NCBI RefSeq assembly: GCF_024700885.2
Contig: NZ_CP117016.1
Strand: one strand, 5' to 3'
Length of the DNA stretch: 64,000 bases
From: Escherichia coli
Lineage (GTDB): Bacteria; Pseudomonadota; Gammaproteobacteria; Enterobacterales; Enterobacteriaceae
Position 1 is the first letter of the stretch. The number at the start of each line of letters is the position of its first letter. Below, piece by piece: positions 9,866-20,269 of this stretch. A program made the translations under genes and the position numbers. The notes under the pieces were generated by a model. That model saw nothing but the letters and a program-made list of their open reading frames with translations, ran no database searches and was not told the DNA's origin.

Positions 9866-10709
9866 GGCTATTCTCATTTTTGCCCGCCAGCTCCGACAAA
9901 AACAGTTTGTCTTTGTCTTCCACAATCAGGGCGCTAAATAATTCAGATTGCCCAATCGCCACCGGGAACGTTTCTCCCAGCGAGATGGGTAAAATATCCC
10001 CGGCTTTTATCTGCGTGAGATCCGCGACATTCAGCGACAGCTCGGCGATTTTGACGTTCAGGGTCAGCGGCAGAGAGCGGATAATCTCTTTAATCAGGGC
10101 CGGTTTATTAACGGATTTCGCCACCTGCTGCGGTTTACTGTGCTCGCTGTGGCGGATCAGATTCAAAATAAAATCGGTGTGGGCGTCGTCGAGCAAAATA
10201 CGAAAACTGCTCTCTTCATCGCCCGCAAGGGTAAAGGTTAATTGATACGCCCAGTGGGTAATCACCGTGCTGCTATCCAGCTTTAATTTCAGCGCAATAC
10301 CGGAGGTTTGCAGATTAAATATCAGCGTGCAGATATCCAGCGCGAGTCGGTTTTTTAAACGAGTTTCGGTTTTGGTCGGCAGCCCGTTATGCGCTTTCGC
10401 CTCTTCAAGAGAGGACTCCAGACCATAAAAATTGCCCAGCAGCATTAACAATAAGGAGCGATCAATATCAAACGCCAGATGCCCGACCTGGGAAACCATC
10501 AGTTCGGCGTTTTTATTAATAATATCCATTTCGCAGCCAATCTTTTTTAAGGTGATATTGCTGCGATGCTTTTTGAGAAAGTAGCTGCCCAGATGCGAAT
10601 CAATCACGTCAAAATTCCCCGTAAACAGGGTCGGCAGGCGATGGTAGGGGCGTCCGAGCCGATTACCTTCTAATTTAAAGATGCCTGGCGTTTTACTGTA
10701 CTTCAGCAT
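9858..10709 (-). CDS. lfiM: Flag-2 FliM-like switch protein
   Basis: 283 aa; directly upstream of and overlapping the fliN homolog; size and position consistent with FliM. Confidence 0.7.
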   Translation of the reverse strand: MLKYSKTPGIFKLEGNRLGRPYHRLPTLFTGNFDVIDSHLGSYFLKKHRSNITLKKIGCEMDIINKNAELMVSQVGHLAFDIDRSLLLMLLGNFYGLESSLEEAKAHNGLPTKTETRLKNRLALDICTLIFNLQTSGIALKLKLDSSTVITHWAYQLTFTLAGDEESSFRILLDDAHTDFILNLIRHSEHSKPQQVAKSVNKPALIKEIIRSLPLTLNVKIAELSLNVADLTQIKAGDILPISLGETFPVAIGQSELFSALIVEDKDKLFLSELAGKNENSHE

Positions 10710-10888
10710 GGCTTACTTTCTCTGCTGTAATGGTATGGGTGTTTCTGTGCACGCAAATCCGGCTGTGACACAAGGTGAGGTATTAAATAGAGGGGGAGTG
10801 AAAGGGGCAAATTATTAATAGGATGAAAAAATAATTAATCGATTAATTGCTTAATGGGAGTGATTTTCGCCAATCAGTCTGCGGTCTG

Positions 10889-10930
10889 TCCCCTCGCCCC
10901 ATCCGGGGAGAGGGTTAGGGTGAGGGGGCA
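10889..10930. repeat. Second copy of the GC-rich element seen at 1050-1090 (CCCCTCGCCCC...GGGGAGAGGGTTAGGGTGAGGGGG)
   Basis: Motif GGGAGAGGG-N-GGGTGAGGG shared with 1050-1090; imperfect hairpin. Confidence 0.55.
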
Positions 10931-11081
10931 TCACAGATGTCCAAATTAACAGTATTAATATCTAACTAATTGTTTACCATCAAATAATATTTTTATTATC
11001 GTTTAATTCGAACTTGTTAATCCCGCCGGTGATACGCTTCAGAACATCCTGTTTTCTGTCGCTACTTATATCGTTCACCCT

Positions 11082-11349
11082 ATGTCTGAACTTATTGCAA
11101 CTGCCGCTTCCAGCATTAACGCTTTTACTCTGGCAAAGCGTGTCGCCGCATTTAACGTGCCGGTGCTCATTCAGGGCGAAACCGGCGCGGGCAAAGAATG
11201 CGTGGCAAAATATATTCACACCGTCGCCTTTGGTGAAAATGATAACGCGCCCTATATCGGCGTGAACTGCGCGGCGATCCCGGAAAACATGCTGGAAGCT
11301 ACATTATTTGGCTACGACAAAGGCGCATTTACCGGCGCAATTGCCAGCG
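11082..11349 (+). pseudogene. lafK: N-terminal about 90 codons of a sigma-54-dependent activator (LafK-like), truncated by IS1
   Basis: AAA+ sigma-54 interaction Walker A GETGAGKE; the reading frame runs straight into the IS1 left inverted repeat at 11350. Confidence 0.7.
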
Positions 11350-11404
11350 GGTGATGCTGCCAACTTACTGATTTAGTGTATGATGGTGTTTTTGAGGTGC
11401 TCCA

Positions 11405-11680
11405 GTGGCTTCTGTTTCTATCAGCTGTCCCTCCTGTTCAGCTACTGACGGGGTGGTGCGTAACGGCAAAAGCACCGCCGGACATCAGCGCTATCTCTGC
11501 TCTCACTGCCGTAAAACATGGCAACTGCAGTTCACTTACACCGCTTCTCAACCCGGTACGCACCAGAAAATCATTGATATGGCCATGAATGGCGTTGGAT
11601 GCCGGGCAACCGCCCGCATTATGGGCGTTGGCCTCAACACGATTTTCCGCCATTTAAAAAACTCAGGCCGCAGTCGGTAA
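11405..11680 (+). CDS. insA: IS1 InsA (91 aa)
   Basis: [43 protein letters not shown]... canonical InsA. Confidence 0.95.
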   Translation: MASVSISCPSCSATDGVVRNGKSTAGHQRYLCSHCRKTWQLQFTYTASQPGTHQKIIDMAMNGVGCRATARIMGVGLNTIFRHLKNSGRSR

Positions 11681-12102
11681 CCTCGCGCATACAGCCGGGC
11701 AGTGACGTCATCGTCTGCGCGGAAATGGACGAACAGTGGGGATACGTCGGGGCTAAATCGCGCCAGCGCTGGCTGTTTTACGCGTATGACAGGCTCCGGA
11801 AGACGGTTGTTGCGCACGTATTCGGTGAACGCACTATGGCGACGCTGGGGCGTCTTATGAGCCTGCTGTCACCCTTTGACGTGGTGATATGGATGACGGA
11901 TGGCTGGCCGCTGTATGAATCCCGCCTGAAGGGAAAGCTGCACGTAATCAGCAAGCGATATACGCAGCGAATTGAGCGGCATAACCTGAATCTGAGGCAG
12001 CACCTGGCACGGCTGGGACGGAAGTCGCTGTCGTTCTCAAAATCGGTGGAGCTGCATGACAAAGTCATCGGGCATTATCTGAACATAAAACACTATCAAT
12101 AA
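11599..12102 (+). CDS. insB: IS1 InsB' frame; the InsAB' transposase is made by a -1 frameshift
   Basis: Canonical IS1 InsB sequence ...[72 protein letters not shown]. Confidence 0.9.
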   Translation: MPGNRPHYGRWPQHDFPPFKKLRPQSVTSRIQPGSDVIVCAEMDEQWGYVGAKSRQRWLFYAYDRLRKTVVAHVFGERTMATLGRLMSLLSPFDVVIWMTDGWPLYESRLKGKLHVISKRYTQRIERHNLNLRQHLARLGRKSLSFSKSVELHDKVIGHYLNIKHYQ

Positions 12103-12117
12103 GTTGGAGTCATTACC

Positions 12118-12273
12118 GGAATGCCTGACGGAAATGAAATTTGAAGATTTGCGCGGCATGAAAATATCCGCCATCCGCAAACTGATTTCTGATGCGCTAA
12201 AGAAAGATCTTCAGCGTCGCAAAATGAGCGCACCGTATAAGGATTTGCTGGTGAAAAAAGTGGTCTTCCAGTA
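12118..12273 (+). pseudogene. 3'-terminal remnant (about 51 codons) of the gene that preceded lafS in the Flag-2 cluster, now abutting the IS1 right end
   Basis: Open frame ...EFEDLRGMKISAIRKLISDALKKDLQRRKMSAPYKDLLVKKVVFQ* begins at the IS1 boundary with no start codon. Confidence 0.5.
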
Positions 12274-12293
12274 ATCACCAGGCGGATATAAAC

Positions 12294-13010
12294 ATGCTAC
12301 AGGACGTATTCGAGTCAGAAGAATTTGCTGCCGCGCCGGTATTAACCCCGCAGCAGGAGAGCCACTACTTGCAGGCCTATTTACCGTTGGTGCGTAAAGT
12401 GGTGCGGCAACTTGCCCCGCAGTGTAATTGCATTATTGATCGTCAGGATATGGAACAAATGGCGTTAATGGGGCTGCTTAATGCCATTCGTCGCTACGGG
12501 CTGCCGGACGAAGGTTTTGCGGGCTATGCCGTGCACCGTATTCGCGGCGCGATCCTGGATGAGCTGCGCGCTCTCGACTGGCGACCGCGCCAGCTGCGAC
12601 AGAAATATCATCAGATGAAAGATCTGATACGCGAAACGCGTAAAAAACTGGGGCACGAACCGGAGTGGTCAGAACTGGCCGTGGAAGGGATTTCGCATGA
12701 AGATTATATCGAATATCAGCAACTGGAAGGGGCGGAAACGCTCGCCAGCCTTGACGAACTGCTGAACGGCGAAGGGCCAGGCATTCCACTTGTTGGCAGG
12801 GAACTGGAAGATCAGTTTGTCACCCAGCAAATGCTGCAATACGCGCTTTCACTATTAAGCGAAAAAGAGCAACTGATCCTCTCCATGTATTACCAGCATG
12901 AGATGAATCTCAAAGAGATTGCGCTGGTATTAGGGCTAACCGAGGCCCGAATTTGTCAACTGAATAAACAGATCGCGCAGAAAATTCGTGATTTTGTCTA
13001 TCCGAATTAA
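12294..13010 (+). CDS. lafS: Flag-2 FliA-type (sigma-28 family) sigma factor
   Basis: Sigma-70 regions 2 and 4 (…LSEKEQLILSMYYQHEMNLKEIALVLGLTEARICQLNKQ…). Confidence 0.85.
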   Translation: MLQDVFESEEFAAAPVLTPQQESHYLQAYLPLVRKVVRQLAPQCNCIIDRQDMEQMALMGLLNAIRRYGLPDEGFAGYAVHRIRGAILDELRALDWRPRQLRQKYHQMKDLIRETRKKLGHEPEWSELAVEGISHEDYIEYQQLEGAETLASLDELLNGEGPGIPLVGRELEDQFVTQQMLQYALSLLSEKEQLILSMYYQHEMNLKEIALVLGLTEARICQLNKQIAQKIRDFVYPN

Positions 13011-13022
13011 AGTGAAGAAATC

Positions 13023-13886
13023 ATGCAAAAAATATTAGGTTTACTGGTGGTGCTCGGCTGCGTATTTGGCGGTTATTTTGAAGCGGGCGGGCAACTAGTG
13101 GCTATCTGGCAACCGGCGGAGATGATCATTATTTTGGGTGCCGGTTTCGGGGCGATGATTATTGGTAATCCGAAACATGTGCTGAAAGAGATTGCTCATC
13201 AAATTAAAGGCGTGATCAGTAAAAAACAGCTCGGGCCGGAGTTTCAGCGTCAGCTATTAATGTGCCTGTATGAGTTGCTCGAAATGGTACAAAACGGCGG
13301 CCTGCGCATGTTGGATCAGCATATTGAGCAGCCGGAAGAGAGCACCGTTTTCCAGAAATACCCGCTGGTGTTAACCCAGAAGCGGCTGGTGACCTTTATT
13401 GCCGATAACTTTCGCCTGATGGCGATGGGCAAAATCGACGCCCACGAACTGGAAGGCATTCTCGATCAGGAGCTGGATACCGCCGAAGAGTCGCTGCTCA
13501 CGCCGTCGCGCTCGCTGCAACGTACCGCCGAAGCGATGCCGGGATTTGGTATTTGCGCGGCGGTGCTGGGCATCATCATCACCATGCAGTCGATTGATGG
13601 ATCTATCGCCCTGATTGGCCTGAAAGTGGCGGCGGCTCTGGTGGGGACGTTTTTAGGCGTCTTTATCTGCTACTGCCTGATGGACCCGCTTGCCAACGCC
13701 ATGGAACAACAGGCGCGGGCGGAACATTCTTTGCTGGAATGTGTGCGTACCGTGCTGGTGGCGCAGGCGGGCGGTAAACCGACGCTGCTGGCGGTAGACG
13801 CCGGGCGTAAGCTGCTGCATCTAGCGTCCAAACCGACCTTCGCCAACCTCGACGCGTGGGTGAATGCGATGCTGGAGCAAGAATAA
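13023..13886 (+). CDS. lafT: Flag-2 MotA-like stator protein
   Basis: 287 aa; MotA/TolQ/ExbB family with 4 TM segments; precedes the motB-like gene. Confidence 0.8.
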   Translation: MQKILGLLVVLGCVFGGYFEAGGQLVAIWQPAEMIIILGAGFGAMIIGNPKHVLKEIAHQIKGVISKKQLGPEFQRQLLMCLYELLEMVQNGGLRMLDQHIEQPEESTVFQKYPLVLTQKRLVTFIADNFRLMAMGKIDAHELEGILDQELDTAEESLLTPSRSLQRTAEAMPGFGICAAVLGIIITMQSIDGSIALIGLKVAAALVGTFLGVFICYCLMDPLANAMEQQARAEHSLLECVRTVLVAQAGGKPTLLAVDAGRKLLHLASKPTFANLDAWVNAMLEQE

Positions 13887-13888
13887 GC

Positions 13889-14812
13889 ATGAGAAAGACG
13901 GGCAACCGCCGCGAGCGTGGGGCAAAAACCACCATCGTCCGGCGGCAGATCAAAAAGAATCATGCCGGGCATCACGGCGGGGCGTGGAAGGTGGCGTTCG
14001 CCGACTTTACTTTGGCAATGATGGCGCTATTTATGACGCTGTGGATTGTCAACAGCGTCAGTAAATCCGAGCGTGAAAGCATTATCGCCGCGCTGCACGG
14101 GCAGTCGATTTTCAATGGCGGCGGGTTGTCGCCGTTAAATAAAATCAGCCCGTCTCATCCGCCAAAACCTGCCACCGTGGCGGTGCCGGAAGAGACGGAG
14201 AAAAAAGCGCGTGACGTCAATGAGAAAACGGCGCTGCTGAAGAAGAAATCAGCCACTGAGCTTGGCGAGCTGGCGACCAGTATCAACACCATTGCCCGTG
14301 ATGCACATATGGAAGCGAATCTGGAGATGGAGATTGTTCCCCAGGGACTGCGCGTGCTGATTAAAGATGACCAGAACCGCAATATGTTTGAACGCGGCAG
14401 CGCACAGATTATGCCGTTCTTTAAAACTTTGCTGGTGGAGCTCGCGCCAGTGTTCGACTCGCTCGATAACAAAATTATTATTACCGGGCATACCGATGCG
14501 ATGGCCTACAAAAACAATATCTACAACAACTGGAACCTTTCGGGCGATCGCGCGCTTTCGGCTCGTCGGGTGCTGGAAGAGGCCGGAATGCCGGAAGATA
14601 AAGTGATGCAGGTGAGCGCGATGGCGGACCAGATGCTGCTGGACGCGAAAAATCCGCAAAGCGCGGGCAACCGACGCATTGAGATTATGGTGCTGACCAA
14701 AAGTGCGTCCGATACGCTGTATCAATACTTTGGTCAGCATGGGGATAAAGTGGTGCAGCCGCTGGTGCAAAAGCTGGATAAGCAGCAGGTGCATTCGCAG
14801 CGAACGCGCTAG
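13889..14812 (+). CDS. lafU: Flag-2 MotB-like stator protein (K-12 mbhA homolog), start at MRKTGN
   Basis: N-terminal TM segment plus C-terminal OmpA-like peptidoglycan-binding domain (IIITGHTDAM...LSGDRALSARRVLEE). Confidence 0.8.
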   Translation: MRKTGNRRERGAKTTIVRRQIKKNHAGHHGGAWKVAFADFTLAMMALFMTLWIVNSVSKSERESIIAALHGQSIFNGGGLSPLNKISPSHPPKPATVAVPEETEKKARDVNEKTALLKKKSATELGELATSINTIARDAHMEANLEMEIVPQGLRVLIKDDQNRNMFERGSAQIMPFFKTLLVELAPVFDSLDNKIIITGHTDAMAYKNNIYNNWNLSGDRALSARRVLEEAGMPEDKVMQVSAMADQMLLDAKNPQSAGNRRIEIMVLTKSASDTLYQYFGQHGDKVVQPLVQKLDKQQVHSQRTR

Positions 14813-14850
14813 ATGCTGAATCTTTACGCATTTCTCAAACCCTGAAATCA

Positions 14851-14866
14851 CTGTATACTTTACCAG
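14851..14866. promoter_or_regulatory. LexA (SOS) box CTGTATACTTTACCAG upstream of dinB
   Basis: Matches CTGT-N8-ACAG; 17 bp upstream of the dinB start. Confidence 0.8.
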
Positions 14867-14882
14867 TGTTGAGAGGTGAGCA

Positions 14883-15938
14883 ATGCGTAAAATCATTCAT
14901 GTGGATATGGACTGCTTTTTCGCAGCGGTGGAGATGCGCGACAATCCCGCCCTGCGCGATATCCCTATTGCTATTGGCGGCAGCCGCGAACGTCGGGGGG
15001 TGATCAGCACCGCCAATTATCCCGCGCGTAAATTTGGCGTACGTAGCGCTATGCCGACAGGGATGGCGCTCAAATTATGCCCACATCTCACCTTGCTTCC
15101 GGGGCGCTTTGACGCCTACAAAGAAGCCTCAAATCATATCCGTGAAATCTTCTCGCGCTACACCTCGCGTATTGAACCGTTGTCACTGGATGAAGCCTAT
15201 CTCGATGTCACTGATAGCGTCCATTGCCACGGTTCTGCGACCCTCATCGCCCAGGAAATCCGCCAGACGATTTTCAGCGAGCTGCAACTGACGGCGTCTG
15301 CGGGCGTGGCACCAGTAAAGTTTCTCGCCAAAATCGCCTCCGACATGAATAAACCCAACGGCCAGTTTGTGATTACGCCGGCAGAAGTTCCGGCATTTTT
15401 ACAAACCTTACCACTGGCAAAAATCCCCGGCGTCGGCAAAGTCTCGGCGGCAAAACTGGAAGCGATGGGGCTGCGGACCTGCGGTGATGTACAAAAGTGT
15501 GATCTGGTGATGCTGCTTAAACGCTTTGGCAAATTTGGCCGCATTTTGTGGGAGCGTAGTCAGGGGATTGACGAACGCGATGTTAACAGCGAACGGTTGC
15601 GAAAATCCGTCGGCGTGGAACGCACGATGGCGGAAGATATTCATCACTGGTCTGAATGTGAAGCGATTATCGAGCGGCTGTATCCGGAACTTGAACGCCG
15701 TCTGGCAAAGGTGAAACCTGATTTACTGATTGCTCGCCAGGGGGTGAAATTAAAGTTTGATGATTTTCAGCAAACCACTCAGGAGCACGTCTGGCCGCGG
15801 CTGAATAAAGCTGATCTAATCGCCACCGCGCGTAAAACCTGGGATGAACGCCGCGGCGGGCGCGGTGTGCGACTGGTGGGGCTGCATGTGACGTTGCTTG
15901 ACCCTCAAATGGAAAGACAACTGGTGCTGGGATTATGA
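14883..15938 (+). CDS. dinB: DNA polymerase IV
   Basis: 351 aa; [34 protein letters not shown]-family polymerase. Confidence 0.95.
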   Translation: MRKIIHVDMDCFFAAVEMRDNPALRDIPIAIGGSRERRGVISTANYPARKFGVRSAMPTGMALKLCPHLTLLPGRFDAYKEASNHIREIFSRYTSRIEPLSLDEAYLDVTDSVHCHGSATLIAQEIRQTIFSELQLTASAGVAPVKFLAKIASDMNKPNGQFVITPAEVPAFLQTLPLAKIPGVGKVSAAKLEAMGLRTCGDVQKCDLVMLLKRFGKFGRILWERSQGIDERDVNSERLRKSVGVERTMAEDIHHWSECEAIIERLYPELERRLAKVKPDLLIARQGVKLKFDDFQQTTQEHVWPRLNKADLIATARKTWDERRGGRGVRLVGLHVTLLDPQMERQLVLGL

Positions 15939-15989
15939 TGTATACTATTATGTCTATTCTGGTGTGCATTATTATGAGGGGATCACTGT

Positions 15990-16283
15990 ATGCATCGAAT
16001 TCTCGCTGAAAAATCGGTCAATATCACTGAGTTACGTAAAAACCCAGCTAAATACTTTATTGATCAACCGGTTGCGGTTCTTTCTAATAATCGCCCCGCA
16101 GGATATCTCTTAAGTGCCAGCGCATTCGAAGCGTTAATGGACATGCTTGCTGAACAAGAGGAGAAAAAACTGGTTAAGGCGCGCTTCCGTCCGAGTGCCG
16201 CAAGATTAGAGGAAATTACACGCCGCGCTGAACAATATCTTAATGATATGACGGATGATGATTTCAATGACTTTAAGGAATAA
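15990..16283 (+). CDS. yafN: Antitoxin YafN
   Basis: 97 aa Phd/YefM-like; synteny dinB-yafN-yafO-yafP. Confidence 0.85.
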   Translation: MHRILAEKSVNITELRKNPAKYFIDQPVAVLSNNRPAGYLLSASAFEALMDMLAEQEEKKLVKARFRPSAARLEEITRRAEQYLNDMTDDDFNDFKE

Positions 16284-16285
16284 GG

Positions 16286-16684
16286 ATGCGGGTATTCAAA
16301 ACAAAACTTATTTGCCTGCAACTTACAGCAGAGGAACTTGATGCGTTAACGGCGGATTTTATTTCCTATAAGCGTGACGGTGTTTTGCCAGATATATTTG
16401 GTCGCGATGCACTCTACGACGACTCGTTTACCTGGCCATTAATCAAATTTGAGCGAGTTGCTCATATTCATCTGGCAAATGTGAATAATCCATTTCCGCC
16501 ACAGTTGCGCCAATTCAGCAGAACGAATGACGAAGCGCATTTGGTATATTGTCAGGGTGCGTTTGATGAGCAAGCATGGTTGCTCATTGCCATTCTGAAA
16601 CCTGAACCTCATAAACTGGCTCGAGATAACAACCAAATGCATAAAATTGGGAAAATGGCAGAAGCGTTTCGCATGCGTTTTTGA
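16286..16684 (+). CDS. yafO: Ribosome-dependent mRNA interferase toxin YafO
   Basis: 132 aa; coupled to yafN (3-nt gap). Confidence 0.85.
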   Translation: MRVFKTKLICLQLTAEELDALTADFISYKRDGVLPDIFGRDALYDDSFTWPLIKFERVAHIHLANVNNPFPPQLRQFSRTNDEAHLVYCQGAFDEQAWLLIAILKPEPHKLARDNNQMHKIGKMAEAFRMRF

Positions 16685-16693
16685 ATTTATATT

Positions 16694-17146
16694 ATGAATA
16701 ACATACAAATAAGAAACTATCAGCCTGGCGATTTTCAGCAACTATGCGCTATTTTCCTTAGAGCGGTTACGATGACCGCCAGTCAGCATTATTCACCACA
16801 ACAAATTGCCGCCTGGGCGCAGATTGACGAATCTCGCTGGAAGGAGAAACTCGCGAAATCACAAGTATGGGTTGCGATCATTAATGCACAACCGGTTGGT
16901 TTTATTTCCCGCATTGAACACTATATCGATATGTTATTTGTTGACCCTGAATACACCCGCCGTGGGGTTGCCAGCGCTTTGTTAAAACCTTTGATTAAGT
17001 CTGAATCCGAACTTACGGTGGACGCAAGCATAACCGCAAAACCCTTTTTTGAACGTTATGGTTTTCAGACAGTTAAGCAGCAGCGCGTTGAATGCAGGGG
17101 AGCGTGGTTTACTAATTTTTCTATGCGATATAAACCGCAACATTAA
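16694..17146 (+). CDS. yafP: GNAT family N-acetyltransferase YafP
   Basis: 150 aa; GNAT fold (…RRGVASALL…). Confidence 0.8.
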   Translation: MNNIQIRNYQPGDFQQLCAIFLRAVTMTASQHYSPQQIAAWAQIDESRWKEKLAKSQVWVAIINAQPVGFISRIEHYIDMLFVDPEYTRRGVASALLKPLIKSESELTVDASITAKPFFERYGFQTVKQQRVECRGAWFTNFSMRYKPQH

Positions 17147-17378
17147 ATTCAGCTTGCAATGAAAATAACACCCGCCTGGTATGTGCGCGTTTTCTTATTC
17201 CACAAACTGCAAGGAGGTAAATCATGACAAATCCTTTATCAATGACTCTTTGCAGACCTTTCCAGGATTAATTCTTTTTTCTTGCCCTGGATTCGTCTGC
17301 CATTTCCTGATTTTTATATTTATATACTCTAAATAATTCGAGTCGCAGTACATGCAACTTGAAGTATGACGAGTATAA

Positions 17379-17945
17379 ATGGGATGGTACATGGGCAAAT
17401 CTATTCGTCCCTTATCCGATGCGGTATTTACCATCGCATCTGATGGCCTGTGGATCGAGAGTTTAGCGATCCAACAATTACACACCACGGCAAATTTACC
17501 CAACATGCAGCGCGTAGTAGGGATGCCAGATTTACACCCCGGACGCGGCTACCCGATTGGCGCAGCGTTCTTCTCCGCAGGCCGTTTTTACCCGGCAAGA
17601 CGTCGCGGTAACGGTGCTGGAAACAGAAACGGGCCGCTACTCTGACACGCTGCGTTCGGCGCTGATTTCTCTGGATGGCGATAACGCATGGGCATTAAGC
17701 GAAAGTTGGTGCGGCACTATTCAGTGGATTTGTCCGAGTCCGTATCGGCCTCATCATGGGCGCAAAAACTGGTTTCTGGGCATGCTAACAAGCGGCTGGC
17801 GCGATTGCTGATTGCCTGGAAGCTGGAACAACAGCAACAGGAAAATAGCGCGGCGCTGAAATCGCAGTGGCGAATGTTCCATCATCAAATTGAACGTGGC
17901 AACCCGCGACGGACATTTACAGGGATGGCTTTTATCGAAGGATAA
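17379..17945 (+). pseudogene. prfH: Degenerate ykfJ (RtcB-like N-terminal fragment) and prfH (release-factor homolog) remnants, in at least three frames
   Basis: 17379..17645 reads as the RtcB N-terminus (…[17 protein letters not shown]…) and then runs out of frame; 17557..17811 and 17688..17945 carry prfH-like pieces in different frames. Confidence 0.6.
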
Positions 17946-18001
17946 TGAAGGATGAAACTGCCGGAAGGCGATTAAACGCCATCCGGCAGCAAATCAAATA
18001 A

Positions 18002-19459
18002 TTACTTCGCCGGAATTTCTTTCAGCAGTTCAGTCAGCAGTGTCCAGTAATGACCAACGCTTTCGATATGAACCTGCTCATCCGGAGAGTGCGGACCGGT
18101 GATGGTTGGCCCGATAGAAACCATGTCCATTTCCGGATACGGTTTTTTAAACAGACCACATTCCAGGCCCGCGTGGATAATCTGGATGTTCGGCGTCTTG
18201 TTGAACAGACGCTGATAGGTTTCACGCACCAGGTGCATCACCGGAGAATTAGCGTCCGGCTGCCAGCCTGGATACGCGCCTTTCGCTTCGGTTTTCGCGC
18301 CAGCCAGTTTACCCAGCGAATCCAGCATGCTCACCACGTAGTCTTTACCGCTGTCGATCAGAGAACGGATCAGGCAGTGAATTTCTACGTTATTGTCAGT
18401 CATGGTCACCACACCGACGTTCAGGGAGGTTTCGACCACACCTTTTGCCACGTCGGAGTTGCGGATCACACCGTTCGGGGTAGCGTTCAGCAGACGAATA
18501 AAGGTATCGCGAGATTTCGCAATCAGGGCAGCTTTATCGTTCGCAACAGAGTCCAGCAGCAATGCCAGATTTTTCTCTTTCTCTGCCAGCTCGTTTTTCA
18601 GGATCTCCTGATAGGTATTCACCAGAGATTTCAGTGCGTCGACTTTATCAGCTGCGACAGCAATCGTCGCAAAGGCTTCACGCGGGATGGCGTTACGCAG
18701 TGTGCCACCGTTGAAATCGATAAGGCGCAGGTCCAGCTCTTCCGCATGACCCGCCAGGAAGCGCACCAGCAGTTTGTTGGCATTACCCAGGCCAACGTGG
18801 ATTTCACCGCCGGAGTGACCGCCTTTCAGGCCTTTTAAGGTTAACTTGAAGGTTTCAAAGCCAGCTGGAACCGCTTCACGATCTAAATGCAGGTTGGAGG
18901 TAAAGTCGATACCCCCCGCGCAACCCATGTAGATTTCACCTTCCTCTTCGGAGTCGGTGTTAATCAGAATATCAGCCTGCAACCAGTTGCTCTGTAAGCC
19001 AAAAGCACCATCCATACCGGCTTCTTCGGTCATGGTCAGCAGCACTTCCAGCGGGCCGTGAACCACGTTTTCGTCAGCCAGAACCGCCAGCGCAGACGCC
19101 ATACCAATGCCGTTATCCGCACCCAGCGTGGTGCCGCGCGCTTTAACCCATTCGCCATCAATATAAGGCTGGATAGGATCTTTAGTGAAGTCATGCACAG
19201 TGTCGTTATTTTTCTGCGGCACCATATCGAGGTGGGCCTGCAAGACGACCGGTTTACGATTTTCCATACCTGCGGTAGCAGGTTTACGAATCAGGATATT
19301 ACCTACCTGATCGCGTTCGACATGGAAACCTTTCTCTTTTGCCCAACCAACAATGTATTCAGCGAGTTGCTCTTCATGATAGGACGGGTGAGGAATAGAA
19401 CAGATTTTGGCAAAAATATCCCACAGCGGCTGTGGAGATAATTGAGACAGTTCAGACAC
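18002..19459 (-). CDS. pepD: Cytosol non-specific dipeptidase (aminoacyl-histidine dipeptidase)
   Basis: 485 aa M20 family; MSELSQLSPQPLWDIFAKICSIPHPSYHEE. Confidence 0.95.
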   Translation of the reverse strand: MSELSQLSPQPLWDIFAKICSIPHPSYHEEQLAEYIVGWAKEKGFHVERDQVGNILIRKPATAGMENRKPVVLQAHLDMVPQKNNDTVHDFTKDPIQPYIDGEWVKARGTTLGADNGIGMASALAVLADENVVHGPLEVLLTMTEEAGMDGAFGLQSNWLQADILINTDSEEEGEIYMGCAGGIDFTSNLHLDREAVPAGFETFKLTLKGLKGGHSGGEIHVGLGNANKLLVRFLAGHAEELDLRLIDFNGGTLRNAIPREAFATIAVAADKVDALKSLVNTYQEILKNELAEKEKNLALLLDSVANDKAALIAKSRDTFIRLLNATPNGVIRNSDVAKGVVETSLNVGVVTMTDNNVEIHCLIRSLIDSGKDYVVSMLDSLGKLAGAKTEAKGAYPGWQPDANSPVMHLVRETYQRLFNKTPNIQIIHAGLECGLFKKPYPEMDMVSIGPTITGPHSPDEQVHIESVGHYWTLLTELLKEIPAK

Positions 19460-19719
19460 GTTAAGTCTCCTTGTCGATCACCCGCAAAACAGTATTGCAG
19501 GTCACAGGGTTAGCAGAAAATGTTGTCAACACAAGACAGGCTTGCGAGATATGTTTGAGAATACCACTTTATCCCGCGTCAGGGAGAGGCAGTGCGTAAA
19601 AAGACGCGGACTCATGTGAAATACTGGTTTTTAGTGCGCCAGATCTCTATAATCTCGCGCAACCTATTTTCCCCTCGAACACTTTTTAAGCCGTAGATAA
19701 ACAGGCTGGGACACTTCAC

Positions 19720-20178
19720 ATGAGCGAAAAATACATCGTCACCTGGGACATGTTGCAGATCCATGCACGTAAACTCGCAAGCCGACTGATGCCTTCTGAA
19801 CAATGGAAAGGCATTATTGCCGTAAGCCGTGGCGGTCTGGTACCGGGTGCGTTACTGGCGCGTGAACTGGGTATTCGTCATGTCGATACCGTTTGTATTT
19901 CCAGCTACGATCACGACAACCAGCGCGAGCTTAAAGTGCTGAAACGTGCAGAAGGCGATGGCGAAGGCTTCATCGTTATTGATGACCTGGTGGATACCGG
20001 TGGTACTGCGGTTGCGATTCGTGAAATGTATCCAAAAGCGCACTTTGTCACCATCTTCGCAAAACCGGCCGGTCGCCCGCTGGTTGATGATTATGTTGTT
20101 GATATCCCGCAAGATACCTGGATCGAACAGCCGTGGGATATGGGCGTCGTATTCGTCCCGCCAATCTCCGGTCGCTAA
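19720..20178 (+). CDS. gpt: Xanthine-guanine phosphoribosyltransferase
   Basis: 152 aa; [23 protein letters not shown]...; PRPP-binding motif [11 protein letters not shown]. Confidence 0.95.
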
Positions 20179-20269
20179 TCTTTTCAACGCCTGGCACTGC
20201 CGGGCGTTGTTCTTTTTAACTTCAGGCAGGTTACAATAGTTTCCAGTAAGTATTCTGGAGGCTGCATCC

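Larger units (their letters stand above)
11350..12117 (+). mobile_element. IS1, complete at 768 bp, with terminal inverted repeats GGTGATGCTGCCAACTTACTGAT / ...GTTGGAGTCATTACC
   Basis: Left and right terminal repeats read directly; contains insA and insB' in the canonical arrangement; flanking 9-mers differ (ttgccagcg versus ggaatgcct), so no target-site duplication. Confidence 0.95.

Noticed and set aside
11082-11354. 90-aa ORF called as a possible intact small gene
   Set aside because: It is the N-terminus of a sigma-54 activator AAA+ domain and its last codons are encoded by the IS1 inverted repeat, so it is a truncated pseudogene
18050-18838. 262-aa plus-strand ORF
   Set aside because: Lies entirely antisense within pepD; no start context; composition artefact
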